64,000 nucleotides of DNA from Octopus vulgaris (taxonomy: Eukaryota): assembly GCA_951406725.2 (NCBI GenBank), contig OX597827.1, positions 7,316,001-7,380,000 of the forward strand, written 5' to 3'. Both the position numbers and the translations under genes were made by a program. The notes under the pieces are model-generated. The model was not told the DNA's origin and did no database searches. It saw only the letters and a list, made by a program, of their open reading frames with translations. This document shows, piece after piece, positions 28,255 to 41,395 of the stretch (position 1 is the first letter of the stretch; the number at the start of each line of letters is the position of its first letter).

Positions 28255-28366
28255 AGATTTTACGAAAATAAACAAAAGACGAAAGCAGGTGGAGTACAAA
28301 CAAACAAATGTATTAGTATAGCGCTCAGGAATAGAAAAAGTCTTTTACGTTTCGAGCCTACGCTCT
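28251..28366 (-). mobile_element. family H1 copy truncated just 5' of HHR stem II
   Basis: Minus strand gagc gtag gctc GAAAC GTA aaagactttttctattcctgagcg...ctccc then (TA)n. Confidence 0.7.
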
Positions 28367-28409
28367 ATATACACACACACATACATATATGCAAAGACTG
28401 ACATGAAAA

Positions 28410-28468
<59 letters not shown>

Positions 28469-28698
28469 ATTGGCCTGCTCGCTTAGCCAGCGGGGTGGTG
28501 TCATTCAAAGGCTAAAGCAATGCGAACACATTGTGACCAGCGATGTGTAACAACATTTGATGGTCTGGTTGGTCATGTGATCACGTGATATATGTATATA
28601 AATTTAAAATAGGATAAAATCTTTATAAGAATTTATGAAGTCGTCAGCATGAAAACCTAATAAGGGAAAAATTTATAATTATTCCCTTTAAATATATT

Positions 28699-28871
28699 TA
28701 TTTACATTAAGGGCATTACTACACGTAAATGCCGCATCCTGTGAGGGTCTCTTAAAGTCATAACTACCATAATAAATACACAATGTACCGAACTGTGCAT
28801 TTATTATGGTAGTTTTGACTTTAAGAGTCCCTCATAGCGTGAGGCATTTACAGGTAGTAATGCCCTTAATG

Positions 28872-28877
<6 letters not shown>
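28699..28877. repeat. fold-back inverted repeat (~84-bp arms, 11-nt loop) abutting (TA)n
   Basis: tatttacattaagggcattac...ataataaatacaca / atgtaccgaac / tgtgcatttattat...gtaatgcccttaatgtaaata. Confidence 0.85.
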
Positions 28878-28946
<69 letters not shown>

Positions 28947-29597
28947 GCATGCATGCCTATATGTAGTTATATGTACATGCACAGGAAGCAAGAGAACAAT
29001 GGTCTAGCTCAAACTAGTCAAGCAGCCTGTATTTTATTGTCTGTAAATCCTTTTAAAAAACAGAAATAATAAGAATGCATGAGACGTCCGCTGCAAATTT
29101 CTTTTAACCCTTTGATGAATCTATTTCTAAAGAACAGAATTGACTGTTATTGTGTTTTGATTAGTTTCCGATACAATCAAAGTTTTGTAGCAGTTTAGTA
29201 AAATGTCTTTAACAATAGACATTGGCCTATGCTATCTTGATTGACTTAAACACCCATGTTATTATATTTCATGAAGCAATGAGAGAGAGAGAGAGAGCCT
29301 GTATGTGGTTATTGAATAGCTAGAAATAGCAGCTAAATCCCCCCCCACCACCACCGATCTGCCATAAATCACACTCTACCACCTCAATAAAGGAAAGATA
29401 CATTTGATGTTGATACACATGGGGATAATAATTATGGGGATATATTGAAGATCATGTTTTTCCAATCAAGGGACACTTAGGACGATAACATGATCATTAC
29501 CATGCTTATTGTTGTTGTCATTGGTGTGATGTCATCGTTGTTGTTGTTGTTTTTTTTTTTTGTCATTCATGTTATTTTAATCATTGTCATTAATATC

Positions 29598-29829
29598 TAT
29601 TTCTTTATTACCCACAAGGGGCTAAACATAGAGGAAACAAACAAGGACAGGCAGACGGATTAAGTCGATTATATCGACCCCAGTGCGCATCTGGTGCTTA
29701 ATTTATCGACCCCGAAAGGATGAAAGGCAAAGTCGACCTCGGCGGAATTTGAACTCAGAACGTAACGGTAGATGAAATACGGCTACGCATTTCGCCCGGC
29801 GTGCTAACGATTCTGCCAGCTCGCTGCCT
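29598..29829 (-). mobile_element. SINE family B, full length, 14-bp TSD
   Basis: TSD ttgtcattaatatc at 29584-29597 and 29830-29843. Confidence 0.9.
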
Positions 29830-30125
29830 TTGTCATTAATATCGTTATCATCATCATCATCATCATTATCATCATCACCATTGTCATTTATGCTTTCATG
29901 AAATTTTTACGAAGACGGTGATTTCAAAAGGATTAGTTTCATATGAGTTACCCTAAGTGATTTCAGGTAGTTTGGTATTTATTAAAAGAGCTTTAACTAA
30001 CAAATATTTTTAATCAATTCCTCTGTATTATACTACAAGTTTCTCCGTTGATTCTACTTTATAATTTAGCAGATATCTTTTATACATTTCCTTCAACATA
30101 AAGCTATATTTTTGTTTTACAAACA

Positions 30126-30531
30126 AGGCGCTGGAGTGGCTGTGTGGTAAGTAGCTTGTTTACAAACCACATGGTTCCGGGTTCAGTCCCACTGCGTGGC
30201 ACCTTGAGCAAGTGTCTTCTACTATAGCCTCGGGCCGACCAAAGCCTTGTGAGTGGATTTGGTAGATGGAAACTGAAAGAAGCCTGTCGTATATATGTAT
30301 ATATATATATATATATGCGTGTGTGTGTTTGTGTGTCTGTGCTTGACAACCGATGCTGGTGTGTTTATGTCCCCGTTACTTAGCAGTTCGACAAAAGAAA
30401 CCGATAGAATAAGTACTGGGCTTACAAAAGAATAAGTCCCGGGGTCGAGTTGCTCAACTAAAGGTGGTGCTCCAGCATGGCCGCAGTCAAATGACTGAAA
30501 CAAGTAAAAGAGTAAAAGAGTAAAAGAGTAA
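30126..30531 (+). mobile_element. SINE family A, subfamily A2
   Basis: Full head and a three-unit (gtaaaaga) tail; diagnostic gaccaaagcc and ggcacctt. Confidence 0.9.
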
Positions 30532-31639
30532 GTCAGCTGAAAGATCTCATGTATATCTATCAGGATTTACAGATCATTATCTTCGTGCGAAAGACAAAAG
30601 GAAATGTTCTGAAAATAAATATTTCTAATAAATATACATGACTGACCGTTTCTCTACTACCTCTACTCGAAAAATATCGAACCTTTGCAGCTTATCTTAT
30701 TTATCATTTCCTGTGACTGATATTTTAATAAATGGATGCATATGTATTGGCAATATCGATGAGGAATGACAGTACATTTAGTCAGACATGAAAGGTTGAT
30801 CTACTGCTATATGGAAGATGTCATGCAGATAATATTCCTGTTATATAAAATGGAAACACCTGCCTTATATAAAAAAAATTTTTTTTATATTTCTTTTTAT
30901 GTATTTTTATGTATTTACACTAATTAACTAGTGCATTTATCATACGTTATTTGAATGCATCGTTAAAGCAATCAGTTCAAAGTAGTGCATTAAGTGAGCA
31001 GATTAATCGACTGGAAATCCTTTTATCCTTCTTGATTACATGACAACATTAAAAGGGTTCTAACGATTATATTGCGTACTTAAGCGTGTTGTTGTATGTA
31101 TTTGTGTATGTTTGTAAACTTTAGATGTCGCTGATTAAATTGAAACTTTCCACGATATTTCCATGAAATTTACTTTTACAAAATTTTTCCTGATCAAGCT
31201 ATAATTAATATGAGTCTTTAGATTCCTCTGATACCAATGACCTAACCAATATTCCTTCCAAGTAGTCTAAGTAATAAAGCTTCCAAATTGCCTGCTACGT
31301 TACTCGATTCGAGTTTCTGCAGCTTCCTTCCATCCAAATATACAGGATGGAAGAAGATGAGGCTGATGTTTACTATATGCCAGACATAATCCGATGATAA
31401 ACCATTTTGAAGAAGACCAATTTAAATCAAATATAATCTCAAATAAATCCAGTTTTCTTTTTTATGAGTCACAAAGGTCCTGTATTTCAGAAGAATTCGG
31501 AAGTAGGATAACCCTAATGTCAATACTTTTCCCAGGTGTATATGAAAGATGACAGCTATGCAGGAGAGGACTTGTACTACCTGTGTAAGCATAGCAAGAG
31601 CAAAAAAAATTCTGATTATGGTGACAGTGATAACAAGAG

Positions 31640-32040
31640 TGATGATAATGACGATGATGATGATGATGGTGATGAGGATGATGATGACAATGATGATGAT
31701 GGCGATGACAACAATGACGATGGCGACGATGATGATGATGATGACGATGATGGTGACGCTGATGATGATGATGACAACGGTGATGAAAATAGTGATGTGG
31801 TGATGATGATTGTGGTGATGACGATGATGATGATAAGGATGATGATGAGGATGATGATGACAACGATGATGATGACGGCGATGACAACAATGACGATGGC
31901 GATGATGACGACGACAATGATGATGATGACAACAGTGATGAATATAGTGACGGTGGCCATGATGATTGTGGTGATGACGACGATGATGATGAGGATGATG
32001 AGGATGATGATGATGATGATGACAATAATGTGATGATAAT
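31640..32040. repeat. (GAT)/(GAC) trinucleotide field
   Basis: Direct reading. Confidence 0.95.
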
Positions 32041-32635
32041 GTGGTGAATTGGCAAAGTCATAAAAACCATAGATAAAACGCCTCATATTATTCCTTCTGG
32101 ATCTCTGCACACAGATTTCAAATCTTGCCAAGGTCATTTTGCTTTCCATTCTTTAGGGATTGGGGAAAAAAAAATTATAGTGCCAATCCATGGTAGTGGA
32201 CTGGTGGAACTCTTATGGATGCCTTGTAATATTTGTTTCAGTACTTTATCTTTGAGTTCAAACCCCAGATTGGCTTACATGGCTGATGCCTAGTTTCACT
32301 TTACCTCACCAATCTTTAGTATTTTTAACAGGGTTCACACTGTTGCAAGTATTTGAATCAGGCTCCAGTTTGAGAGAATGCTCTTTAAAGGAGCAGGGTC
32401 ATCCCTTACTTTTCTGAATAAAATATAAAAAAAAACAAAAACGTGTAACCTAACTGGAGGGGGGGGTCTGTGGAATAGAATGATCACGGAAACTATGGAT
32501 GGGAAGAAGGACCCATGAGGGAAAGCAAATCTCAGAATGCTGAAGCTCACAAAAGGAAAGAAGAAAGGATTGAAACAAGCAGCAAGATGTTGAACTGGCA
32601 AAGACCCATCCAGCCCATGTATGTATACTCTCTAT

Positions 32636-33045
32636 CTTTTTACTCTCTTTTACTTGTTACAGTCATTTGACTGTGGCCATGCTGGAGCACCGCCTTTAGT
32701 TGAGCAAATCGACCCCAGGACTTATTCTTTGTAAGCCTAATACTTATTCTAGCATTCTCTTTTGTCGAGCCGCTAAGTGAAGGGGATGTAAGCACACCAG
32801 CATCGGTTGTCAAGCGATGTTGGGTGGGGGGACAAGCATAGTCACACAAACACACACACACACACACACATACATATATACGATGGGCTTCTTTTCAGTT
32901 TCCGTGTACCAAATCCACTCCCAAGGCTTTGGTCGGCCCGAGGCCATAGTAGAAGACACTTGCCCAAGGTGCCACGCAGTAGGACTGAACTCGGAACCAT
33001 GTGGTTGGTAAGCAAGCTACTTACCACACAGCCACTCCTGCGCCT
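32636..33045 (-). mobile_element. SINE family A, subfamily A2
   Basis: Matches family A; aaggctttggtcgg and ccaaggtgcc diagnostics. Confidence 0.9.
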
Positions 33046-33939
33046 AAAAGAAATGGATGCCAAACTATGATGATGATGATGATGATGATGTGGTTATGAT
33101 GATGATGATGATGATAGCGGTGGTGGTGGTGATTTTTACAGATACAAAGGAAAAGTGTCAAGTGGGAATGGCAATTAATTCATAGATTCATTGGACTTAA
33201 CAGCTTTCTTTATACATTGATTAGTGCAATAAATACAATAGGGTGACTAGAAATTCCCTCATCCCTTTTGTATTATTATATTCTAAAAATCTGGTATTCG
33301 CAAACCACGTATTAGACGCATACAATGCATACACATGACACCGAGTGCATTACCAGAGTCGGCATCGGTTGGCATGGAATCATGCTAGGGAGATGAACAC
33401 CTTCCAAATGTCATGATTGTTTATGTTCTTCTTTGTTTTTAGATAGATAAATTAAGATTTACTCGAGCTTTTACATCGATATGAGAACAAAAGAAAGGCA
33501 TAAGTTGGTGTAGTTGTAGTTGTAGTAATAATATCAGGACAGGTGAATTGATATGTTGTGTGCAGGAAGAGAGATGAAAAGATACTGTCATCAAGTTTGA
33601 TTACAGGAAATGATCTTACTGATAAGTTCTTCTGGAAAAGAAGCGCCGGTGTTGAAGGGGTTGGGTGGTGGCTGTTAGATGTTGTCATGTTGTTGGCAGA
33701 AAGAGATGGACAGAGTAGACATTTCATAGAAAACGTGATCGAAAACTGGTTAAATTAACTGTGTAGCCAATGTATTTGTAACGTTAGTGTCTGCAACATA
33801 CAACCTCTGTTGTTGTTTTTAACACCAAATGGAATCTAGTTGGGCAGAGCTATGATCAAAGGTATTTCATCCATGGCCATCTCTTCGTTTTTTTCTTCAA
33901 TAGACATAGTGCACCACATGTTACAATAAATATATTTTT

Positions 33940-34326
33940 CGCAGGAGTGGCAGTGTGATAAGTAGCTTGCTTACCAACCACATGGTTCTGGGTTCAGTCC
34001 CACACAGCATGGCGCCTTGGGCAAGTGTCTTCTACTATAGCCTTGAGTGGATTTGGGAGACAAAAACTGAAAGAAGCCCATCGTATATATGTATATATAT
34101 ATATATGTGTGTGTGTGTGTTTGTATGTCTGTGTTTGTTCCCCCCACCAGCATCGCTTGACAACCGAAGCTGGTGTCCCTGTAACTTAGCGGTTCAGCAA
34201 AAGAGACCGATAGAATAAGTACTAGGCTTACAAAGAATAAGTCCTGGGGTCAATTTGCTTGACTAAAGTCAGTGCTCCAGCATGGCCGCAGTCAAATGAC
34301 TGAAGCAAGTAAAAGAGTAAAAGAGT
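33940..34326 (+). mobile_element. SINE family A (A2-like, small internal deletion)
   Basis: Head and (gtaaaaga)2 tail present. Confidence 0.85.
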
Positions 34327-34673
34327 AGTGTTTAAATGTTTTTACTTAGAACTCTGTTGTTTTCTTATTGAATTTTCACTTTAACCACATAACACTACAC
34401 AAATATTAATTTCATATAAGTTGTATGCATGATATTGTTATTTAAATTGTTTACCTTTTATCTTTTACTGGCCATGCTGGTACACCGCAGTAACAGTTTT
34501 AGTCGAGCAAATTAACCCCAGTAATTATTTTACGTTTTAAAGTCTAGAACTTATTCTATTGGTCACTTTTGCCAAACTGCTAAGTTATAGTGAAGAAACA
34601 AACCAACTCTAGTTGTCAAGTGGTGGTAGAGTACAAATGCAACACAAATACAATAATGCACATATGCATACAT

Positions 34674-34875
34674 AGGGAGAGTTTACGAAAAAAACAAGAG
34701 ACAAACACAGGTGATGTACAAAACAAACAGATGTATTAGTATAACGCTCAGGAATAGAAAAAGTCCTTTACGTTTCGAGCGTATGCTCTTCTACAGAAAG
34801 GGACACAGAAAAAACAAGGAGAGAAACAAGGAGAGACAAAAATGTGTGTAGTGGCTAACGATCTATCATAGCGTA
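34674..34875 (-). mobile_element. family H1, longest copy, with HHR-like motif at 34765-34801
   Basis: Minus strand cttt-CTGTAGA-a-gagc atac gctc-GAAAC-GTA-aagg; abuts (TA)n. Confidence 0.7.
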
Positions 34876-34985
34876 TATATATATATATATATATACAGAA
34901 TAATGTATATACACTCTACAAATCTATCAAGTAATACTTAAGGGTGATGTAAAATTGATTTTATTATAACTTCACATGCACGCGT

Positions 34986-35020
<35 letters not shown>

Positions 35021-35340
35021 AACACACTTTGTTTATCTTAATTTTGAAAAAACATGGGTCATCCTATAAATAATGTCTTTTTATAAAAAAAGAATTATTT
35101 ATGGGATGACCCAATACATATGCACACACACACACACACACACACACATACGCACATACTGTATGCAATGATAAAATGGAATTCCTGAGAGTCTCTGTCC
35201 ACCAAATTTATTCCCAGGTATTGGTCAGCCTGAGGCCACAACAGAAGACACTTGCTCAAATTACTATGCAGTGAGACATGTAATTTTAATTTTCTTAGAT
35301 GTTTCTGTTGCCGTTATTGTCACTACATTCAGTAATATTC

Positions 35341-35554
35341 TACTCTCTTTATTTACTCTTTTATTTGTTTCAGTCATCTGACTGCGGCCATGCTGGAGCA
35401 CCGCCTTTAGTCAAGCAAATCGACCCCGGGACTTATTCTTTGTAAGCCCAGTACTTATTCTATCGGTCTCTTTTGCCGAACCGAAGTAACAGGGACGTAA
35501 ACACACCAGCATCAGTTGTCAAGCAATGCTAGGGAGACAAACATAGACACACAA

Positions 35555-35587
<33 letters not shown>

Positions 35588-35757
35588 CATATATACGACA
35601 GGCTTCTTTCAGTTTCCATCTACCAAATCCACTCACAAGGCATTGGTCGGGTCGGCCCGGGGCTATAGTAGAAGACACTTGCCCAAGATGCCACGCAGTG
35701 GGACTGAACCCGGAACCATGTGGTTGGTTTGCAAGCTACTTACCACACAGCCACTCC
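35341..35757 (-). mobile_element. SINE family A, subfamily A1
   Basis: Matches family A; aaggcattggtcgg and ccaagatgcc diagnostics. Confidence 0.9.
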
Positions 35758-36325
35758 ATAGGATTTATGGTTTATGAGTGATATTAATGTAAACAATTTT
35801 ACTAAGGATTCTGCTTGGTCTGGTACAAGAGAAGATCCATAGCGGGTAGATGGGAGGGGGAGGGGCTTAATAGTACGATTTACTGCACTTAGTGACACCA
35901 ACCCGTAGTGACGTCACTGGGTGACTTAGAGTAGAAGGCACAATGACGGCTAACAAAGAAGACACAACGTTTCTGGCTACAGCATAAATTGAAGAGATTG
36001 GATAATGCCAATAATTTTACTATTTGTTCAAGAAACTTCGGAAAGCCATTTAAGCAATTAGTTATATTCCAGTCATGTTGGATTGAAAGCAAATATTACT
36101 TTGACAGACAAATGTTTAAATTAACAAAGTATACCCATAAAGAGAACAGTACACTTCAGTATATTAGTGAGACGTAAGTTTAAAAGTATGAGCGAGAACT
36201 AAGAGGCAACAGTAATTAAGTGAGCCTGATTTTCACAGTGAGACTAAATACATATTTATACGAAATCATACATTTATTTATTTATTTATTCTTCTATTCA
36301 TTTATTTATAACCTATACTGTGAAT

Positions 36326-36901
36326 GTGGAGGTGCGTGGCTTAGTGGTTAGGGTGTCAGTATCATGATCGTAAGATTGTGGTTTCGATTCCTGGACTGGG
36401 CAACGCGTTATGCTCTTGAGCAAAACACTTCATTTCATGTTGCTCCAGTTCACTCAGCTGGCAAAAATGAGTAACGCTGCGATGGACTGGCATTCCATCC
36501 AGCTGGGGAACACATATGCCATGGAAACCGGGAAACTGGGTCCATGAGCTTGGCTAGGCTTTAAAAAGGGTGTGTGCCGATGGCACGTAAAAAGCACCAT
36601 CCGAACGTGGCCGATGCCAGCACCACCTTGACTGGCTTCTGTGCCAGTGGCATGTAAAAAGCACCTACCAATCATGGCCGCTGCCAGCCTCCCCTGGTAC
36701 CTGTGCCGTTGGCATGTAAAAAGCACCCACTACACTCACGGAGTGGTTGGTGTTAGGAAGGGCATCCAGCTGTAGAAACATTGCCAGATAAGACTGGAGC
36801 CTGGTGCAGCCTCCTGGCTTCCCAGACCCCGGTCGAACCATCTAACCTGTGCTAGCACAGAAAATGGACGTTAAACGATGATGATGATGATGATGATGAT
36901 G
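36326..36901 (+). mobile_element. tRNA-headed SINE family E fused to a family C array and (GAT)n tail
   Basis: gtggaggtgcgtggcttagtggttaggg...ggtttcgattcc head and body to ~36565, then 3 array units and ggacgttaaacgatgatg. Confidence 0.8.
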
Positions 36902-37137
36902 ACTGTGAATGGCAAATTGGTACTCATTAGCCTTCCAGGAAAGCTTCATCATTGTATTTATTTTGACTGTCAGCACTCTGAGTTCAAATCATGCCAAAGT
37001 CAACCTTATCTTTCCCTCTTTTGGAATTGATAAAATGTACCAAACCAGGATTGTGGGTTATAGGAACTGTAAACAACATCTATTTGGCTGTCATATTCAT
37101 GTTTAAAATTGACAGAATGTATAATCTATCTTTTAAA

Positions 37138-37570
37138 TTTTACTTGTTTCAGTCGTCAGACTTAAGTCATGCTGGGGCACTACCTTAAAGAGCTGTAGTC
37201 AAGCAAATTGACCCCAGTACTTTATTTCTTAAGACCTGCTACTTACCTATTCTATTGGTCTTTTTTGTTGAACTGCTATGTTACAGGGACATAAACAAAC
37301 TAACACCACCTGTCAAGCAATGGTGAGGAACCAACATGAACACAAACATGCAAGCTCACACTCACATGCACTCACACACACTCACACACACACATGCGCG
37401 CACACACGCATTTACAATGGGGTTTCACACAGTTTTCACCTTCCAAATTCACTTGCAAGGGGTTGGTCACCCTGGAACTATAGTAGAAGACACATGCCTA
37501 AAGTGGCATGCTGTGGGACTGAAACCCACACCATGTGGCTGCAAAGTGAGCTTCTTAACCACACAGCCAT
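37138..37570 (-). mobile_element. older, degenerate SINE family A (donor of the 40825-40939 insert)
   Basis: Family A blocks with many private substitutions. Confidence 0.75.
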
Positions 37571-37774
37571 GTCTACATGGATGAAACATTGGAATCACAA
37601 GCAATTGTGTACTGACTTCTTTTAGTACTGCTGATGGTTAAAAAGTCCTCTTCGAAATCGCAAGGTTCCAGATTTGATCCTACTGCATAATAGCATCGTG
37701 GGCAAGTGCTATTTCTTCAGCCTTGACTTGATCCATATTATGTGAATAAAATTAGATTGACAAAAAAAAAAAAA

Positions 37775-38060
37775 CATTCGAGTGAGGTCGTGCCAGTTCC
37801 GCTGGACTGGCTCTTGTGCAAGTGGCATATAAAAAGCTCCATTTGAGCATGGCTGTTGCCAGTACCGCCTGAGTGGCCCTCATGCTGGTGGCACATAAAA
37901 GCACCCAGTAAACTCTTGGAGTGGTTGGCGTTAGGAAGTGCATCCAGCTGTAGAAACTCTGCCAGATCAAGATTGGAGTCTGGTGCAGCCATCTGGTTCA
38001 CCAGACCTCAGTCAAATTGTCCAACCCATGCTAGCATGGAAAGCGTACGTTAAACGATGA
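37775..38060 (+). mobile_element. family C copy
   Basis: Array units plus ggcgttaggaagtgcatccagctgtagaaac...cgttaaacgatga. Confidence 0.8.
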
Positions 38061-38212
38061 ACGACGAGAAACTGTTTAGAAGCTTGTCAGATGGATTTTA
38101 ATTCTAATTCAAAGATCCAGCCTCATTACCCTATACCATACTGATTCCCTCTGGGAATTACATAAAGGCTACATATGCCAGTTCAATACTCAGCTGCTTG
38201 CATTATAACTCA

Positions 38213-38601
38213 GTGGAGGTGCAATGACCCAGTGGTTAGGGCAGCAGACTCGTGGTCATAGGATCGCGGTTTCGAATCCCAGACCGGGCGTTGTGAGTGT
38301 TTATTGAGCGAAAATACCTAAAAGCTCCACGAGGCTCCGGCAGGGGATGGTGGTGATCCCTGTTGTACACTTTCACCACAACTTTCTCTCACTCTTACTT
38401 CCTGTTTCTGTTGTACCTGTATTTCAAAGGGCCGGCCTTGTCACTCTCTGTGTCACGCTGAATATCCTCGAGAACTACGTTAAGGGTACACGTGTCTGTG
38501 GAGTGCTCAGCCACTTACACGTTAATTTCATGAGCAGGCTGTTCCATTGATCGGATCAACCGGAACCCTCGTCGTCGTAATCGACGGAGTGCTTCCATCC
38601 A
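38213..38601 (+). mobile_element. SINE family D, full length, 12-bp TSD
   Basis: A-box-like tgacccagtgg and B-box-like ggtttcgaatccc. TSD cattataactca at 38201-38212 and 38602-38613. Confidence 0.9.
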
Positions 38602-39419
38602 CATTATAACTCAATGAGTCTGGTAGTTAAGTTGATCAAACAACTGAAAACACATGGCTGGAAATTCTGACCATGATCCACATATAATTAGTCTGTTAAC
38701 TGGTTAAAATTTATGGAACAACAAACAATTGAGTAACAGTTCTGTTTTATATAAAGGGTTTCATTAAGCGATAATATTCCTAGAAATATATAAATTCATT
38801 TGTTTTTCATTGATAGTGAAGGGAACTGGATAAAGAAGTATCATTATGATTATAAGAGGTTTTGGAGTGGAATAAAGAAATTTTACACTTTCGGGAGTAA
38901 GTAAGGGAATGGGTTGTTGATATTGGATATGAGCAAGTTAAGTCAAATTTGAAGAATTTCAATGACAGTGTTTAAAGACGTGAAGAAGGTATTTGAGTAT
39001 GACAAGTCATTCATTGAGTGCAGAACATTAATTTCCATTATTGGTAGAACATCTACATTGATTTCTGATATTATTACAACGTTCACATATATGGTGGATG
39101 GTGTGGATACAGTCAATTAAATCAATCCCAGTTCTTGGGGACTACTTTATTTTATTGACTCCAGAATTATGATGAAAGACAAGTTTGACCTCCGTGGGAT
39201 TTGAACTCAGAACATAAAGGGCAATAGCTAAATACCAATGGCCTTTCGTTTGACACTTTAATGATTCTGCCAATCCAATGCACTCTCGTAGAATCAATAG
39301 TATTGACTAATATAAAGTAAAATACACTAATAAGGGGCAAAATAGAGGAAAATTTTAGCTAATTAATTATAGATTGAGAGTCAAAATGAAGTTAGTAACG
39401 GACAGAATTGAGAGAGAAG

Positions 39420-39620
39420 GATTCCAGTTTGGGTTTCAACTATAATGTGGTTGCCATATTTCTTGTCAATCAGATATAACAGAAATCTTGGTAAAAAGGA
39501 AGAACTCTCTGGTTATTTTGTTGATGTAGAAATGTCTCTTGATAGAGTTCCTAGTTTTGAAATCTGATAGGCAATAGTAAAGGTTTACCAGTTAAAATGA
39601 CTTATTCAGGCTATGGTTAA
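39420..39620 (+). pseudogene. decayed non-LTR (RTE-like) reverse transcriptase fragment
   Basis: Frame-shifted peptides QFGF, AIFLVNQ and FVDVEMSLDRVP, in the order of the QFGF...DAIF...FVDLEKAFDRVP RT motifs. Confidence 0.6.
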
Positions 39621-39722
39621 ACTGAAGAATAGCTTATGAGAATTATTCAGGTTCTGATTAAGTTAATGTTAATATATTTAATTTAGTGAAAATTAAAAAA
39701 ATTAATAAATGGTGATTTTATA

Positions 39723-39982
39723 TTACAGAGATGTACTTGCATAGCGAGTGACTTGATCTGAGATCGTGTGCTGGAAAGAAAACAATTGCAGTGTGGAAGG
39801 TGTTTATGAGCAATACAAGAAACACACAAAACCTGTTAGATTCACTTCAACATTTAAGTTTGATTTGTCAAAATATTTTCGTCGCTTTGAGTCCGTGACC
39901 TGTTCACTGACGTCGTGGTCTCAAAGTGACGAAAATATTTTGACAAATTAAATTTAAATGTTGAAGTGAATCTAACGGTTTT
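39723..39982 (-). mobile_element. fold-back element family H4 with 13-bp TSD
   Basis: Arms at 39835-39899 / 39912-39976. TSD tggtgattttata at 39710-39722 and 39983-39995. Homologues at 48231 and 48742. Confidence 0.85.
39867..39911 (-). ncRNA. hammerhead-like motif with G3-C8 swapped core (GUGAACA)
   Basis: Minus strand gtca-GTGAACA-g-gtcac ggactcaaa gcgac-GAAA-ata-TTT-tgac. Stem I gtca/tgac, palindromic stem III aatatt. Confidence 0.5.
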
Positions 39983-40149
39983 TGGTGATTTTATAGTAAG
40001 TGAAAAACAATATTAATTCAGCAATTAATATTATTTTTTAAATTTTATCAAGCTTGGGAGACAATAATAGTTGTCTTTTGACATAGGCTACCTTTATTCA
40101 GGAAGAGGGAAACAGATTTTACTGCATTTAGTGAACTTTTAGCTTTTTA

Positions 40150-40495
40150 TTTATTACTTGTTGCAGTTGTTAGGGCATAGCCTTGAAAAATTTTAGTTGA
40201 ACTTATTGACCCCAGTTCTTATTATATCAGATTCTTTTGCTGAACTGCTAAGTTACATGGATGTAAATACACCAACACTGGTTGTCAAGAGATGGTGGGG
40301 GACAAATACATACCCAGACACACACACGCACACATAATGAACTTCTTTCAGATTCTATTTACCTAATCCACCCACAAGTCTTTTTCCAGCCTCAGACTAT
40401 AGTAGAAGACACTGTCCCAAGGTACCAAGCAGTGGGACTGAACCCAGAACCATGTGACTGGAAAGCAAACTCTTTACCACACAGCCACACCTGCA
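40150..40495 (-). mobile_element. degenerate SINE family A
   Basis: ctatagtagaagacac and gcagtgggactgaacccagaaccatgtg blocks. Confidence 0.7.
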
Positions 40496-40574
40496 CTGGT
40501 AATGAAACTGAAATAAATCTTAAGCATTTATACAGATGTAGACATTTTCATATTTGAAATATATATATACATAT

Positions 40575-41256
<682 letters not shown>

Positions 41257-41349
41257 GTATATATATACTTATATATATATCAAATTGAAATAAAGTTTAA
41301 GCATTTATGCAGGTGTAGAAATGTTCATATTTGAAATATATATATATAA

Positions 41350-41395
41350 ATCCTTAATATAGTATACTAAAGCTTTGGTATACTATATTAAGGAT
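41350..41395. repeat. 46-bp near-perfect palindrome next to a TA run
   Basis: atccttaatatagtatactaaag|ctttggtatactatattaaggat; one T:G mismatch. Confidence 0.85.

Noticed and set aside
31536-32033. Acidic D-rich ORF as a real exon
   Set aside because: Almost entirely (GAT)/(GAC) repeat that shifts to poly-M; no supporting splice or domain evidence.
38213-38290. Functional tRNA gene
   Set aside because: It is the head of a TSD-flanked SINE with a second copy at 11675-12062.
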